A stretch of 64,000 nt of DNA from NCBI GenBank assembly GCA_965238225.1, contig OZ250183.1:640001-704000 (forward strand). The letters run 5' to 3'. Shown piece by piece: positions 37,929 to 48,854 of the stretch (within the stretch, counting starts at the first letter, position 1; every line of letters starts with the position of its first letter). The DNA comes from Gammaproteobacteria bacterium. GTDB lineage: Bacteria; Pseudomonadota; Gammaproteobacteria; Eutrophobiales; Eutrophobiaceae. The notes beneath the pieces were generated by a model that was not told the DNA's origin, made no database searches, and saw only the letters and a list, made by a program, of their open reading frames with translations. A program made the position numbers and the translations under genes.

Positions 37929-38241
37929 TTTTCATTCCTTAATCTTAAATTCGCATTCTTTAAATTTGTTTGTAAAAAACAGCAGAACTCAATATTTATT
38001 GCTGTGGATTATACCACTCAAGCCAGTAAAAAGTTACATTGATATCACATGAATACTAAAGATTTTGTGCAGCACCTACTCTTCTGGAACTTTTGAGTAT
38101 AAGCTGGCTTTACGAGCACAACTCATAAGGTGGTAAGGCGTAAGGACTTGCCCGTGCACGGGTTTTAGTGGAAGTAGGTTTTTAATGGAAAATCAGCATG
38201 TTGCTTGCCGTGTGGATTGGCCTGCTGCTGTATTCCGATGA

Positions 38242-38544
38242 ATGAACAAAATCATGAAACAAGAAGATAATAAGCAAGCCCAAACAGAGGAAACCTTAAT
38301 GACATTTCCATGTAGTTTTCCGGTAAAGGTAATGGGGGAAGCGGCTGATAATTTTGATGGTTTGATCGCAGAGATTGTGCGTAAACATTTTCCTGATTTA
38401 ACTGAAAGCTCAGTAAAAACAAAACTAAGTCGTGGAAGAAAATATATTTCAGTGACGGTAACTGTAAACGCACAAAGCAAAAAACAGCTTGATGATATTT
38501 ATCTTGAGCTAACAGCGCATGAACGCGTTTTGATGGCATTGTAA
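38242..38544 (+). CDS. ybeD: YbeD (DUF493) family protein
   Basis: FPCSFPVKVMG, SRGRKYISVT; upstream of lipB. Confidence 0.93.
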   Translation: MNKIMKQEDNKQAQTEETLMTFPCSFPVKVMGEAADNFDGLIAEIVRKHFPDLTESSVKTKLSRGRKYISVTVTVNAQSKKQLDDIYLELTAHERVLMAL

Positions 38545-38545
38545 G

Positions 38546-39214
38546 ATGTCTTTTGAGCCTATTATCAAGAATAAGGGGTTGTGCGATTATGCAGAAACCT
38601 ATATTGCAATGTCCCGTTTTACTGATAATCGAAATACGACAACAACTGATGAAATCTGGTGTTTACAACATTTACCAGTTTATACATTAGGATTAAATGG
38701 CCATCGTAAGCACATCATAAACCCAAGAAAAATACCCGTGATTGAAACTGATCGTGGTGGTCAGGTGACGTATCATGGCCCAGGACAACTGATAGTTTAC
38801 TTATTGTTAGACATAAAACGCAAGTCTATTGGTGTTAAGGATTATGTGTATCGTTTGGAACAATCAGTGATTGATATGTTGGAGGTGTATAATATCGTGG
38901 GTCATGGAAGAACAGGCGCTCCGGGGATTTATGTTGATAATAAAAAAATCTCAGCCTTAGGAATCAGAGTCCGAAAAGGCTGCGCGTATCATGGCTTATC
39001 TATTAATATTGATATGGACTTAACGCCATATAATGATATACATACGTGTGGATATTCTGATCTTGAAGTAACGCAGATGTGCGCGCTTGGAATAGAGGAT
39101 ACTTTAGTGCAAATAACAAATACATTCCTGCCTTTCCTGTTAAAACAAATGTATTCTTCAGAAGAAAATATTAACATTATTAGTGAGACTGACTCAAAGA
39201 TTCAGACTGCTTAA
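38546..39214 (+). CDS. lipB: Octanoyltransferase LipB
   Basis: HLPVYTLG, DRGGQVTYHGPGQ, KISALG. Confidence 0.97.
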   Translation: MSFEPIIKNKGLCDYAETYIAMSRFTDNRNTTTTDEIWCLQHLPVYTLGLNGHRKHIINPRKIPVIETDRGGQVTYHGPGQLIVYLLLDIKRKSIGVKDYVYRLEQSVIDMLEVYNIVGHGRTGAPGIYVDNKKISALGIRVRKGCAYHGLSINIDMDLTPYNDIHTCGYSDLEVTQMCALGIEDTLVQITNTFLPFLLKQMYSSEENINIISETDSKIQTA

Positions 39215-39235
39215 TTAATATGGAACTCTTAATTT

Positions 39236-40276
39236 ATGTCTAATAAAAATATGCTTGGTGATGTTCAAAAAAAACCATCTCGAGACCAACGTGGAAAATT
39301 AAAAACTGCGAAAATCCCTATTAAAGTCATCCCCATGGAAGGCAAGCCTGCGCGTAAGCCATCATGGATCCGATCCAAAGCGCCTATTGGAAATAAAGTT
39401 GCACATCTAAAAACTTTACTTCGTGAACAAAATTTACACACAGTTTGTGAGGAGGCAGCTTGCCCAAATTTAGGCGAATGTTTCTCGCACGGTACCGCAA
39501 CATTTATGATTATGGGCGATGTTTGTACGCGGCGCTGTCCGTTTTGTGATGTTGCCCATGGCCGCCCCAAACCTTTGGATTTAAACGAGCCAGAACACCT
39601 CGCACAGGCAATCAGCAAGATGAATCTAAATTATGTCGTTATTACCTCAGTTGATCGTGATGATTTAAAAGATGGAGGTGCCAGTCATTTTTCAGCATGT
39701 ATTGAAGCGGTTCGCAATAAATCACCAAGTATAAAAATTGAGATATTGGTGCCTGATTTCAGGAGACGTATGGAAATTGCTTTGAACACATTATCCAAGT
39801 CACCGCCTGATGTGTTTAATCATAATCTTGAGACTATCCCGCGCTTGTATAGAAAGGCTCGACCCGGAGCAGATTATGACTGGTCATTACAATTGATTAA
39901 AAAATTTAAGGCGCTTCATCCTGAGCGTCCCACTAAATCAGGTTTGATGTTGGGCTTAGGAGAATCTTTGGATGAAGTAAAAGAAGTGCTGCAAGATTTA
40001 CGAGCGCATGATTGCGACATGCTTACCCTCGGGCAATATTTACAGCCGAGCCGCTTTCATCTTCCAGTGGAACGCTTTGTAAGCCCTAATGAATTTACAG
40101 AATTGGGCAGTTATGCAGAAGACTTAGGGTTTCAGAATGTAGCCAGTGCGCCCATGGTACGTTCTTCTTACCATGCAGATATGCAGGCAGCTGGGGAGGC
40201 ATTAGAAGTTGTTACGGGTGTTCTTGATGATAGCCTTGGCAAACATTTCAGCAGCATCGACTTCGATGATCGTTAA
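39236..40276 (+). CDS. lipA: Lipoyl synthase
   Basis: [26 protein letters not shown]. Confidence 0.99.
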   Translation: MSNKNMLGDVQKKPSRDQRGKLKTAKIPIKVIPMEGKPARKPSWIRSKAPIGNKVAHLKTLLREQNLHTVCEEAACPNLGECFSHGTATFMIMGDVCTRRCPFCDVAHGRPKPLDLNEPEHLAQAISKMNLNYVVITSVDRDDLKDGGASHFSACIEAVRNKSPSIKIEILVPDFRRRMEIALNTLSKSPPDVFNHNLETIPRLYRKARPGADYDWSLQLIKKFKALHPERPTKSGLMLGLGESLDEVKEVLQDLRAHDCDMLTLGQYLQPSRFHLPVERFVSPNEFTELGSYAEDLGFQNVASAPMVRSSYHADMQAAGEALEVVTGVLDDSLGKHFSSIDFDDR

Positions 40277-40326
40277 CGAGGCAAGTGAATTCAAGTTTTA
40301 CGCAGTTACAATGAGGAGAAAATTTT

Positions 40327-40692
40327 ATGAGTAAAAAATATGAAGAAATATATGGCGAACTAAAAAAGTTAATATTAGTATCTACACTAACCGTGGCGGG
40401 ACTTCTTGTCTTACAAGGCTGCGCTACTAAACACTATGGTCGCCAAGGTGTTTTATCCCATTATGAGAAAGATACAATGACGTGCAGGGAAATTGATCTT
40501 GAAATAGCACAGATGCGTGGATTTATTGATCATGTAAATAAAGAAAGTGAATTTAGCGGAAAAGATGTACTTGCGATATTAGGTGATTTTGGGATAGGTA
40601 ATGCTATGGAAAAAAGTTCAGCTATAGAGAGCGCAAATAATCGCATTAATGATTTGAGAGAATTGAAAGATGGTAAAAAATGCTTAAAATAG
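40327..40692 (+). CDS. Hypothetical lipoprotein
   Basis: GAGGAG RBS; lipobox LQGC; two further Cys residues. Confidence 0.7.
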   Translation: MSKKYEEIYGELKKLILVSTLTVAGLLVLQGCATKHYGRQGVLSHYEKDTMTCREIDLEIAQMRGFIDHVNKESEFSGKDVLAILGDFGIGNAMEKSSAIESANNRINDLRELKDGKKCLK

Positions 40693-40730
40693 TTCAACAA
40701 AACAATTTATAAGAAATATCGGTATGTATT

Positions 40731-41291
40731 ATGCGTGCTGTTAGCGAGGAAGATGTTGATCTATCAATGCTCCCAGAAAAATTTGTAGTTTTTGACCTTG
40801 AAACAACCGGGTTTAGTCCGAGAAAAAACGAAATAATTGAAATAGGCGCAGTAAAAATTAATCGCGATTTTGATAATCATGAAATATTTCAGGCGCTAAT
40901 AAAGCCAAACAAAGAGATACCAAGGAAGATAACCGAGATGACTGGTATAACTCAGGAGATGGTCGATAACGAAGGTGAAAACCTAGCATCCGCTTTGGAA
41001 GAGTTTGTTAATTTTATCGAAGATTTAAGACTTGTTGCATATAATGCAGATTTTGATATGCGTTTTATAAAAGAGGCATTAATGTCGCATGACATTACAA
41101 TAAAAAACCCAGTGTCATGCGCTCTAAAAATGGCGCGACGAGCTTGGCCTGGTCTAAAGAGTTACAAATTGAAAGATATAGCAAATATTAGAGGACTTTC
41201 TACTGAAGGAAATCATCGTGCTTTGAAGGATTGTGAATTAACAATTACCGTCTATTCAGAAGCGGCAGCAGAGCTCGGTTCAGTTAAGTGA
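40731..41291 (+). CDS. Stand-alone DEDDh 3'-5' exonuclease (DnaQ-like)
   Basis: FDLETTG, AYNADFD, HRALKD. Confidence 0.9.
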   Translation: MRAVSEEDVDLSMLPEKFVVFDLETTGFSPRKNEIIEIGAVKINRDFDNHEIFQALIKPNKEIPRKITEMTGITQEMVDNEGENLASALEEFVNFIEDLRLVAYNADFDMRFIKEALMSHDITIKNPVSCALKMARRAWPGLKSYKLKDIANIRGLSTEGNHRALKDCELTITVYSEAAAELGSVK

Positions 41292-41379
41292 AATATACGC
41301 AATCTAAAATTCACTTTTAAATTATTTTTTCTTAATATTCTTCTTAGTATTCCTTTTAAGAATTTTATTATTAGTTAAT

Positions 41380-42714
41380 TCATTCAACCGTGCACTTTGC
41401 CTCGCCTTGGTGAAAGCGTGTGATTATTTTATCCCCTGCGCTTAGTTGTTTTGCCTCGCGTATTATTTCCTGATTGTCATATTTTTGTACAATCGCATAA
41501 CCTCTACTTAAAGTTGCAAGCGGGCTCACCGTGTTTAATGCCCTTGTCGTCGTTTGTATTTGTGCATGCAGATTTTGGTAGTGATGATTTATTGCGCGTT
41601 GCAAGCGTTGATAGATTTGCTCAGACTGAGCTATAAAAAAATGTAATTTGTGTAAGGGGTTTTGTTTATTTAGAGCAGAAAGTTGTTCGTGTACTCTATA
41701 ATTTTGTTGTGCCACTATTTCTTTGCTTGAACGATGCATGCGTATAAAAAGATCGTCAAGCCTTTGCGCATGATTTTGTAATTGTGTTGCTGGACTGGTC
41801 AAGCATTTCCCTAGATGTATAATATTTTGTTTAAGCACTCTTAAGTTAGCCTGAAGAATTTGTGATAAACGGGTGTACTGAAGCGATAAAGTCTGTTTTA
41901 TTTGCATCTGATCCGGGCTAACTAACTCGGCTGCTGCCGTTGGTGTGGCGGCACGTTGGTCGGCAACAAAATCGGCAATGGTAAAATCAATCTCATGGCC
42001 GATTCCAGATACAACAGGAAGAGCACAAGCAAAAATAGCTCGAGCAAATGTTTCATCATTAAATGCCCAGAGGTCTTCTGTAGAACCTCCGCCACGCGCA
42101 ATAATAATCACATCACATTCATTTCTTTTTTCGGCAGTTTTGAGCATTACTGTAATTTTTTTTGCAGCACCATCGCCTTGAACAACCACAGGGTAAATTA
42201 TGATATTCCCTGCTGGATAGCGACGCTTTACGACACTTAAAATATCCCTGATGGCTGCACCTGTAGGAGATGTAATAATGCCGATTGTTTTAGGTATGGT
42301 GGGGATAGGTTTTTTATGGCGTTCTTCAAACAAACCTTCCTTAAATAATTTTTGTTTTAATTCTTCATATGCACGTTGAAGCTCGCCCTCGCCAGCAAGC
42401 TCCATATGTTCAATGATTAATTGAAATTCACCACGCCCTTCATAAAGACTGACATTTGCGTGAACCAGAACTTCCGCACCATTTTTTGGTTCAAATTTAA
42501 GGTATCGGTTTTTACCTTTAAACATGGCGCAGCGTACCTGAGAGTGAATATCTTTTAAGGAGAGATACATATGGCCTGAGGCAGGGCAGGCAAAATTTGA
42601 TATTTCGCCCTGTAACCAGATAGACGGAAAATTACCCTCTAATAGCGCACGAACTTCACGATTTAGCCGGGTAACATTGTAAATATTTTGTTGTTTGTGG
42701 GGGGTATCGCTCAT
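41380..42714 (-). CDS. xseA: Exodeoxyribonuclease VII large subunit
   Basis: SGHMY, TSPTGAAIRD, ARGGGS, GHEIDFT, ATPTAAAE. Confidence 0.98.
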   Translation of the reverse strand: MSDTPHKQQNIYNVTRLNREVRALLEGNFPSIWLQGEISNFACPASGHMYLSLKDIHSQVRCAMFKGKNRYLKFEPKNGAEVLVHANVSLYEGRGEFQLIIEHMELAGEGELQRAYEELKQKLFKEGLFEERHKKPIPTIPKTIGIITSPTGAAIRDILSVVKRRYPAGNIIIYPVVVQGDGAAKKITVMLKTAEKRNECDVIIIARGGGSTEDLWAFNDETFARAIFACALPVVSGIGHEIDFTIADFVADQRAATPTAAAELVSPDQMQIKQTLSLQYTRLSQILQANLRVLKQNIIHLGKCLTSPATQLQNHAQRLDDLFIRMHRSSKEIVAQQNYRVHEQLSALNKQNPLHKLHFFIAQSEQIYQRLQRAINHHYQNLHAQIQTTTRALNTVSPLATLSRGYAIVQKYDNQEIIREAKQLSAGDKIITRFHQGEAKCTVE

Positions 42715-42847
42715 AACCTAATGCTACGTCAAAGAAACATCGCTTGGCAAAATAAATAATGATTTACCATTTTATCAGTTAGCGTTAGGATATGCGGCTA
42801 TTCTTTATCTTTAAACCAGTCAGTTAAGATGGGCAGATAGCATAAAT

Positions 42848-44311
42848 ATGCGTGTAACGGAGCAAGCTCTTACCTTTGATGATGTTTTGTTAGTTCCCGA
42901 TTTTTCGGATGTTTTGCCTCGGGAAGTCGATATCACTACCCGCCTCACAAAAACCATCACACTTAATATACCCTTACTGTCGTCTGCTATGGATACTGTT
43001 ACTGAATCTCGTTTGGCGATTGCCATGGCTCAAGAAGGCGGTATTGGCATTATCCACAAGAATATGAGATCAGAAGCACAGGCCAAGCAAGTCCGCTTAG
43101 TGAAAAAACATGAAAGCGGGGTGGTTAAAGACCCACTCACAGTATCACCAGAAACATCTATCCAAGAAGTGCTGGCTTTAACCAAGCGTTACAATATATC
43201 TGGTTTGCCTGTTGTAGATGGTGAGGATTTGGTTGGCATTGTCACCAGCCGAGACATGCGTTTTGAAACACGTCTTGAAGACCCCGTCAGCAATATCATG
43301 ACAAAGAAAAATAAGCTGGTCACAGTCTTTGAGCAAGCAAGAAAAGAAGAGATAAAAGAGCTATTACATAAACACCGTATTGAAAAGATATTAGTGGTTA
43401 ATAAGAATTTCCAATTACGTGGATTGATAACAGTCAAAGATATTCATAAGGCACAAGAATTCCCTAATGCTTGTAAAGATGAGGATGAACAATTACGTGT
43501 AGGCGCTGCTGTTGGCATAGGCGAAACATCTCAGCGCAGAGTTGAAGAGCTCATTGAAGCGGGTGTTGATGTGCTTGTGGTTGATACTGCACATGCCCAT
43601 TCTGCTGGTGTGCTTGAAATGATCCAATGGATTAAAAAAACATTTTCTGGCAGTCAGGTAGTTGGTGGAAATGTGGCAACAGCGGCGGGTGCTAAAGCGC
43701 TTGTTGATGCAGGTGTAGATGGCGTGAAGGTTGGTATTGGCCCTGGATCAATTTGCACAACGCGCATAGTCTCAGGTGTTGGTGTGCCGCAAGTAAGCGC
43801 GATTTCTAATGTTGCAGAAGCATTAAAGGGAACGGATATACCGTTTATTGCAGATGGCGGAGTTCGTTTTTCAGGTGATCTTGCTAAGGCAATTGTTGCT
43901 GGTGCGCATTCTATCATGATTGGCGGATTGTTTGCCGGAACGGAAGAAGCCCCAGGCGAAGTTGAGTTATACAAAGGACGCTCTTATAAGTCATACCGGG
44001 GCATGGGTTCGATTGGTGCTATGTCACAAAAACACAGTTCCTCTGATCGTTATTTTCAAGAGAATGATGAGATTGAAAAACTTGTACCTGAAGGTATCGA
44101 AGGACGTGTTCCATATAAAGGGTCTTTGGATACCGTTATTTATCAATTATTGGGCGGGTTGCGTGCTGCAATGGGTTATACTGGCTGTAAAGATCTTAAA
44201 GAAATGCAAACACGCCCGCAGTTCTTGCGTTTAACCAATGCGGGAATGCGTGAAAGTCATGTACATGATGTGACTATTACCAAAGAACCGCCCAATTATA
44301 GAATGGAGTAA
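42848..44311 (+). CDS. guaB: IMP dehydrogenase
   Basis: [14 protein letters not shown] domains, YRGMGS. Confidence 0.99.
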   Translation: MRVTEQALTFDDVLLVPDFSDVLPREVDITTRLTKTITLNIPLLSSAMDTVTESRLAIAMAQEGGIGIIHKNMRSEAQAKQVRLVKKHESGVVKDPLTVSPETSIQEVLALTKRYNISGLPVVDGEDLVGIVTSRDMRFETRLEDPVSNIMTKKNKLVTVFEQARKEEIKELLHKHRIEKILVVNKNFQLRGLITVKDIHKAQEFPNACKDEDEQLRVGAAVGIGETSQRRVEELIEAGVDVLVVDTAHAHSAGVLEMIQWIKKTFSGSQVVGGNVATAAGAKALVDAGVDGVKVGIGPGSICTTRIVSGVGVPQVSAISNVAEALKGTDIPFIADGGVRFSGDLAKAIVAGAHSIMIGGLFAGTEEAPGEVELYKGRSYKSYRGMGSIGAMSQKHSSSDRYFQENDEIEKLVPEGIEGRVPYKGSLDTVIYQLLGGLRAAMGYTGCKDLKEMQTRPQFLRLTNAGMRESHVHDVTITKEPPNYRME

Positions 44312-44363
44312 TATAAATTACTGCTTCGTTGTTATTTTTCTCAGTTAATTGCGTTTTCAAATA

Positions 44364-45938
44364 ATGCCTGATCTTCATTCTGAAAAAATCCTTATTCTGG
44401 ATTTTGGCTCCCAGTACACACAGTTAATTGCACGTCGTGTGCGCGAAGCAAATGTCTATAGTGAAATCCAACCTTTTGATATATCAGAAGACGAAATCAA
44501 GACATTAAACCCTAAAGCAATTATCCTTTCAGGAGGGTCAGAGTCTGTCGTCGTGCAAAGCTACTGCAAAGCGCCAGAGATAATTTTTCAAATGAATATT
44601 CCTGTTCTGGGGATATGTTATGGCATGCAAACTATGGCAGCGCAACTTGGCGGCAAGATTGAATCTTCCAGCATAAGAGAGTTTGGTTACGCACAAGTAC
44701 GCGCTAAAGGTCATACAACATTATTAAAAGATATTCAGGATAGCTCAAATGACGAAGGGCATGGTTTATTGGATGTTTGGATGAGTCATGGTGATACAGT
44801 CGTCGAGTTGCCCGAAGGATTCAAGCTTATGGCTTCGACAGAAAATGCGCCAATAGCAGGCATGGCGGATGAAAAAAGAAATTTTTATGGCGTGCAATTT
44901 CATCCAGAAGTCACACATACCAAGCAAGGCGCAGCTATCATTAAACGATTTCTCTATAAGATTACTGGTTGCGAGCCTTTGTGGGATATAGACACCATCG
45001 CAAAAGACACAATCAACACCCTCAAAAAGAAAGTTGGTAAAGATAAAGTATTACTAGGATTATCAGGCGGTGTAGATTCTTCCGTTACCGCTGCTTTGCT
45101 TGACGAAGCCATTGGCGAGCAATTAATTTGTGTCTTTGTTGATAATGGTTTGTTGCGTTTACATGAAGGCGATGAAGTGATGAAAATTTTTGCCAAGCAC
45201 ATGGGTATTAAAGTTATTCGTGTTGATGCAGAGGATCGGTTTTTAAATGCGCTTTCCGGTATTTTTGATCCTGAAGAAAAAAGAAAAATTATTGGTAAAA
45301 CTTTTATTGAAGTTTTTAATGAAGAAGCCGAAAAGTTTGATGGTGTTAAGTGGTTAGCTCAGGGAACCATATATCCTGATGTCATCGAATCAGCCGGCGC
45401 AAAGACAGGCAAGGCGCAAGTCATCAAAACACATCATAATGTTGGCGGCCTGCCAGATAATATGCAATTTAAATTGGTTGAACCTCTGCGTGATCTGTTT
45501 AAAGACGAAGTGCGAAAACTTGGCATACAGTTAGGCTTGCCAAAAAGCATGGTCTATCGTCATCCATTCCCAGGGCCAGGCTTGGGTGTAAGGATTCTTG
45601 GAGAGGTAAAAAAAGAATATGCCGATCTTTTGCGTAAAGCCGACGCGATTTACATGGAAGAATTAAACAAGCAAGATTTATATAGCACAATCAGCCAAGC
45701 CTTTGCGGTTTTTCTTCCTGTAAAATCTGTAGGCGTGATGGGGGATGCACGTAAATATGATTATGTTATCGCGCTTCGCGCTGTTCAGACAATTGATTTT
45801 ATGACAGCACGATGGGCGAGGCTGCCTTATGAATTTTTAGAAACTATTTCAAGTAGGATTATTAATGAAGTCGATGGTATTTCGCGTGTTACTTATGATA
45901 TTTCAAGCAAGCCACCGGCAACTATTGAGTGGGAATAG
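44364..45938 (+). CDS. guaA: GMP synthase
   Basis: [26 protein letters not shown]. Confidence 0.99.
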   Translation: MPDLHSEKILILDFGSQYTQLIARRVREANVYSEIQPFDISEDEIKTLNPKAIILSGGSESVVVQSYCKAPEIIFQMNIPVLGICYGMQTMAAQLGGKIESSSIREFGYAQVRAKGHTTLLKDIQDSSNDEGHGLLDVWMSHGDTVVELPEGFKLMASTENAPIAGMADEKRNFYGVQFHPEVTHTKQGAAIIKRFLYKITGCEPLWDIDTIAKDTINTLKKKVGKDKVLLGLSGGVDSSVTAALLDEAIGEQLICVFVDNGLLRLHEGDEVMKIFAKHMGIKVIRVDAEDRFLNALSGIFDPEEKRKIIGKTFIEVFNEEAEKFDGVKWLAQGTIYPDVIESAGAKTGKAQVIKTHHNVGGLPDNMQFKLVEPLRDLFKDEVRKLGIQLGLPKSMVYRHPFPGPGLGVRILGEVKKEYADLLRKADAIYMEELNKQDLYSTISQAFAVFLPVKSVGVMGDARKYDYVIALRAVQTIDFMTARWARLPYEFLETISSRIINEVDGISRVTYDISSKPPATIEWE

Positions 45939-48100
45939 AAAACCCCTCTGAAACCCTTTAAAATAAAGGGTTTGAGATCATTCAAAGTGTGACAAACTTT
46001 GTCAAAGTAATGAAAGAATGCCAGTTTCAGAGCACTAAAAACAAACATACGGTAAACTCTCGCTACTACTGAAAGTCATAAGTTGTTAAGGATTTTGTAA
46101 AAATAATCAATTATATTTAAGATATTACTTTAAGTAAAATTTTCAAACATGGATCCTTCTATGAAAAAGAACATTTCCTATTCTACAATCGATGGAACTT
46201 TAATAAAAAAAATCGTTAGTGAAGCTGTTGATATTTTAGGTTTTGAAGATAAAAAAATTCTGCATCTTAATATTACAAACTTGTTTGAAGATAATTTTTC
46301 ACTTTTTGATACAAATAAGAATAAGAAACTTAAAAATCAGTATGTCAACAAGGAGACATCAGAATTTAACAAGGAAGAAAATCAAAAATACAGCAAAGAT
46401 ATTGATGCCATAGGTCAAATTATAGAAGGGAATTCAAAAAACAAATATGATTTTATATTTGCAGACATTCCATTTGATGGTCGATCTGAAAAAGATTATT
46501 GCCTTTCAATAATGAAATCATTGGAGTCTAGTGGTGTAGGAGTTTTTTTAATGCCTAGTTATTTAAATACTTTTAAAAGTTTTCAAGGCAAAAAATTCAC
46601 AAAAAACTTAAAAGAAGAGGGTTATAAAGTTTTGTCAGTTATCCAATTGCCTAGAAACTTAATGCGCCCAAGTAGCATGATTCAAACAAACCTAATCTTT
46701 TTAACAGAAGATAACGGCATCGCAGAAACTTATTTTGCTAAATGCTCTGAATATCAATTTTTTGATTTTCAATCTAAATTGATAGGTTTGGGCATGCTTG
46801 CACTTTATGATAAAAAAACAAGAAAAGAGTTTTTTGAAGCAGAAACAGATGAGATTAAAAAAACAAATAGAAAAAGAAAAAATTTATTTTATGGTGTTGA
46901 AGAAAATATAGATAACTTTAATGGTTTTGAGCACTGGGAGAACGAAAGAGAATTTCAAAAGATTGAAACAGAATATGGTGGTTATAATTTTTTAAAATTA
47001 AATGAATTCACCACTATCAATCAGACTAGAGATAAATTTGATGATTTAGATAATGCATTCTACATCCCTGCTATTGGAGAGACATTAGTGACTAAAGAGA
47101 TTCCAGATGAATCCTTAAAAAAGAAACCACAAAATTATTTTCAAATAATAGTTAATAATAATAGAGTAAAAAAAGAATATTTAGTTATTTATTTTAATAG
47201 TGAACATGGTCAAAAAAGTATTGAACTTGAATTCTTAAAGTATGCCGAGGTAACTATGCAGATGTTAAGAAAAACAGACATTGAAAATATCTTAATTCCT
47301 GTTCCTAATTTAGGCATTCAAGATGAAATTATTGAAAATATTTCTAAATTAAAGAAAGTTAAAACTTTACTAACAAGTATCGAAAATAGTCTTTCATTCA
47401 AACCTATATCATCCTCAGAACAGTTAAGTAAACTAAATCAAATTTATGAATCCTCTATGGACTTAAGTGAGGTAGAAATAACCTTTAATGATATAAAAAA
47501 AGGAGAATCCATAAATAGAGAGTTTAAGCAAACATTTGCATTAGATATAAAAAGTAAAAAAAGAGAAGACCATATAGTTTTCGAGTGTATAAAAACAGTT
47601 GCAGGTTTTTTAAATGGCAGTGGTGGAAATCTATATATAGGTGTTGCAGATAATTCAGACATTACCGGAATAAATGTTGAAATTGGCAGTAAGAAATTAT
47701 TTAAAAGTCTCGATAAGTATTTATTAAGTATTAAAGATACCCTTAAGAGAAAGTTAGGGGTTGCAAGTCTAAAGAACTGTAATTTTGTTCCGGTTAAACT
47801 TAAAGGAAAGCAGATTCTTACAATAAAGTGTCAACAATCAGGTCATCAAGTTTATATTGATGAAAAAGATACTTACTTAAGGGTTGGTCCATCAACAGAA
47901 AAACTTGAAGGACCAGAGTTAGTAAAATTTTCTAAAGAAAGATTTGGTTAATAGATCGAGTCAATCTTTGTCACAAAATTACTCAAAATAGGGAATTATG
48001 ATAGTTAAAACAGAATATGTCGTGACAAACTACTTTTTTCACCTCTACATCCCTTTGTTTGTAAGGTTTTCAAAATTACCGACTATTGAGTAGGAATAGA
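45921..48100. mobile_element. Integrase-less mini genomic island at the guaA 3' end
   Basis: ACTATTGAGTGGGAATAGA (45921-45939) repeated as ACTATTGAGTAGGAATAGA (48082-48100), 18/19 identical; AT-rich single-gene cargo. Confidence 0.8.
46149..47951 (+). CDS. Degenerate N6-MTase-like / TRD-like / Schlafen AlbA_2 fusion protein, putative defence
   Basis: YDFIFADIPF and VIQLPRNL (MTase-like); EYLVIYFNS, ILIPVPNLGIQDEII (HsdS-like); GESINREFK, AGFLNGSGGNLYIGVAD (AlbA_2). Confidence 0.75.
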   Translation: MDPSMKKNISYSTIDGTLIKKIVSEAVDILGFEDKKILHLNITNLFEDNFSLFDTNKNKKLKNQYVNKETSEFNKEENQKYSKDIDAIGQIIEGNSKNKYDFIFADIPFDGRSEKDYCLSIMKSLESSGVGVFLMPSYLNTFKSFQGKKFTKNLKEEGYKVLSVIQLPRNLMRPSSMIQTNLIFLTEDNGIAETYFAKCSEYQFFDFQSKLIGLGMLALYDKKTRKEFFEAETDEIKKTNRKRKNLFYGVEENIDNFNGFEHWENEREFQKIETEYGGYNFLKLNEFTTINQTRDKFDDLDNAFYIPAIGETLVTKEIPDESLKKKPQNYFQIIVNNNRVKKEYLVIYFNSEHGQKSIELEFLKYAEVTMQMLRKTDIENILIPVPNLGIQDEIIENISKLKKVKTLLTSIENSLSFKPISSSEQLSKLNQIYESSMDLSEVEITFNDIKKGESINREFKQTFALDIKSKKREDHIVFECIKTVAGFLNGSGGNLYIGVADNSDITGINVEIGSKKLFKSLDKYLLSIKDTLKRKLGVASLKNCNFVPVKLKGKQILTIKCQQSGHQVYIDEKDTYLRVGPSTEKLEGPELVKFSKERFG

Positions 48101-48138
48101 GAAGAAAATTATTTAAAACAAACGATTTAGGAGAAAAA

Positions 48139-48252
48139 ATGAAATATATTTTAATTTTGTCTTTAATATTTCTTTCGGCATGTCTTGGATCAGTAAAACC
48201 ATCAGTTAAAAATTTCACTGAAAATTTTAGCCTAGAGAGACTTTCAGATTAA
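48139..48252 (+). CDS. Small or truncated lipoprotein (37 aa)
   Basis: AGGAG RBS; MKYILILSLIFLSACLGS... with lipobox LSAC. Confidence 0.4.
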   Translation: MKYILILSLIFLSACLGSVKPSVKNFTENFSLERLSD

Positions 48253-48291
48253 GTTAAACACAGTTCTTCAATAATTATATTAAAGCCTTAT

Positions 48292-48313
48292 CTGTAGCAT
48301 GACTGTAGCATGA
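48292..48313. repeat. Tandem 11-bp direct repeat
   Basis: CTGTAGCATGA x2. Confidence 0.8.
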
Positions 48314-48392
48314 ATATAAAAAATTATTGTTATGATAATGTTGCCTGAAAGAAATTCTGTTTTTCTACAGGCAGATAAAAAAAGCAGGGAAA

Positions 48393-48854
48393 ATGATTAC
48401 TGATAAAAAATTCATGCAAAAAGCTTTTAAGCTGGCAAAAAAAGCCGAAGTACAGAATGAAATTCCAGTCGGCGCTGTCGTTGTTTGTGAGGGGGAAGTA
48501 GTCGGCGAAGGCTGGAATCAATCAATATTATCAAATGACCCAACAGCGCATGCAGAAATTATGGCGTTGCGAGCTGCTGGGAAGAAGATTGCTAATTATC
48601 GTTTACCAAACGCAACTATTTATACCACGCTTGAGCCTTGCGCTATGTGTGCGGGTGCAATTATTCATGCGCGTCTTTCTAAACTTGTATACGCGGTTGA
48701 TGATCCAAAAACAGGCGCTTGTGGCAGTGTGGTTAATCTACTTCAGCTTGCAGAATTAAATCACAAAGTTGAAATAGAAAAAGGTGTTTTAGAAAAAGAG
48801 TGCAGAATATTGCTACAGAATTTTTTTAGAAATAAAAGATTAAACAAAGCATGA
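48393..48854 (+). CDS. tadA: tRNA adenosine(34) deaminase
   Basis: EIPVGA, HAE, TLEPCAMC. Confidence 0.96.
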   Translation: MITDKKFMQKAFKLAKKAEVQNEIPVGAVVVCEGEVVGEGWNQSILSNDPTAHAEIMALRAAGKKIANYRLPNATIYTTLEPCAMCAGAIIHARLSKLVYAVDDPKTGACGSVVNLLQLAELNHKVEIEKGVLEKECRILLQNFFRNKRLNKA

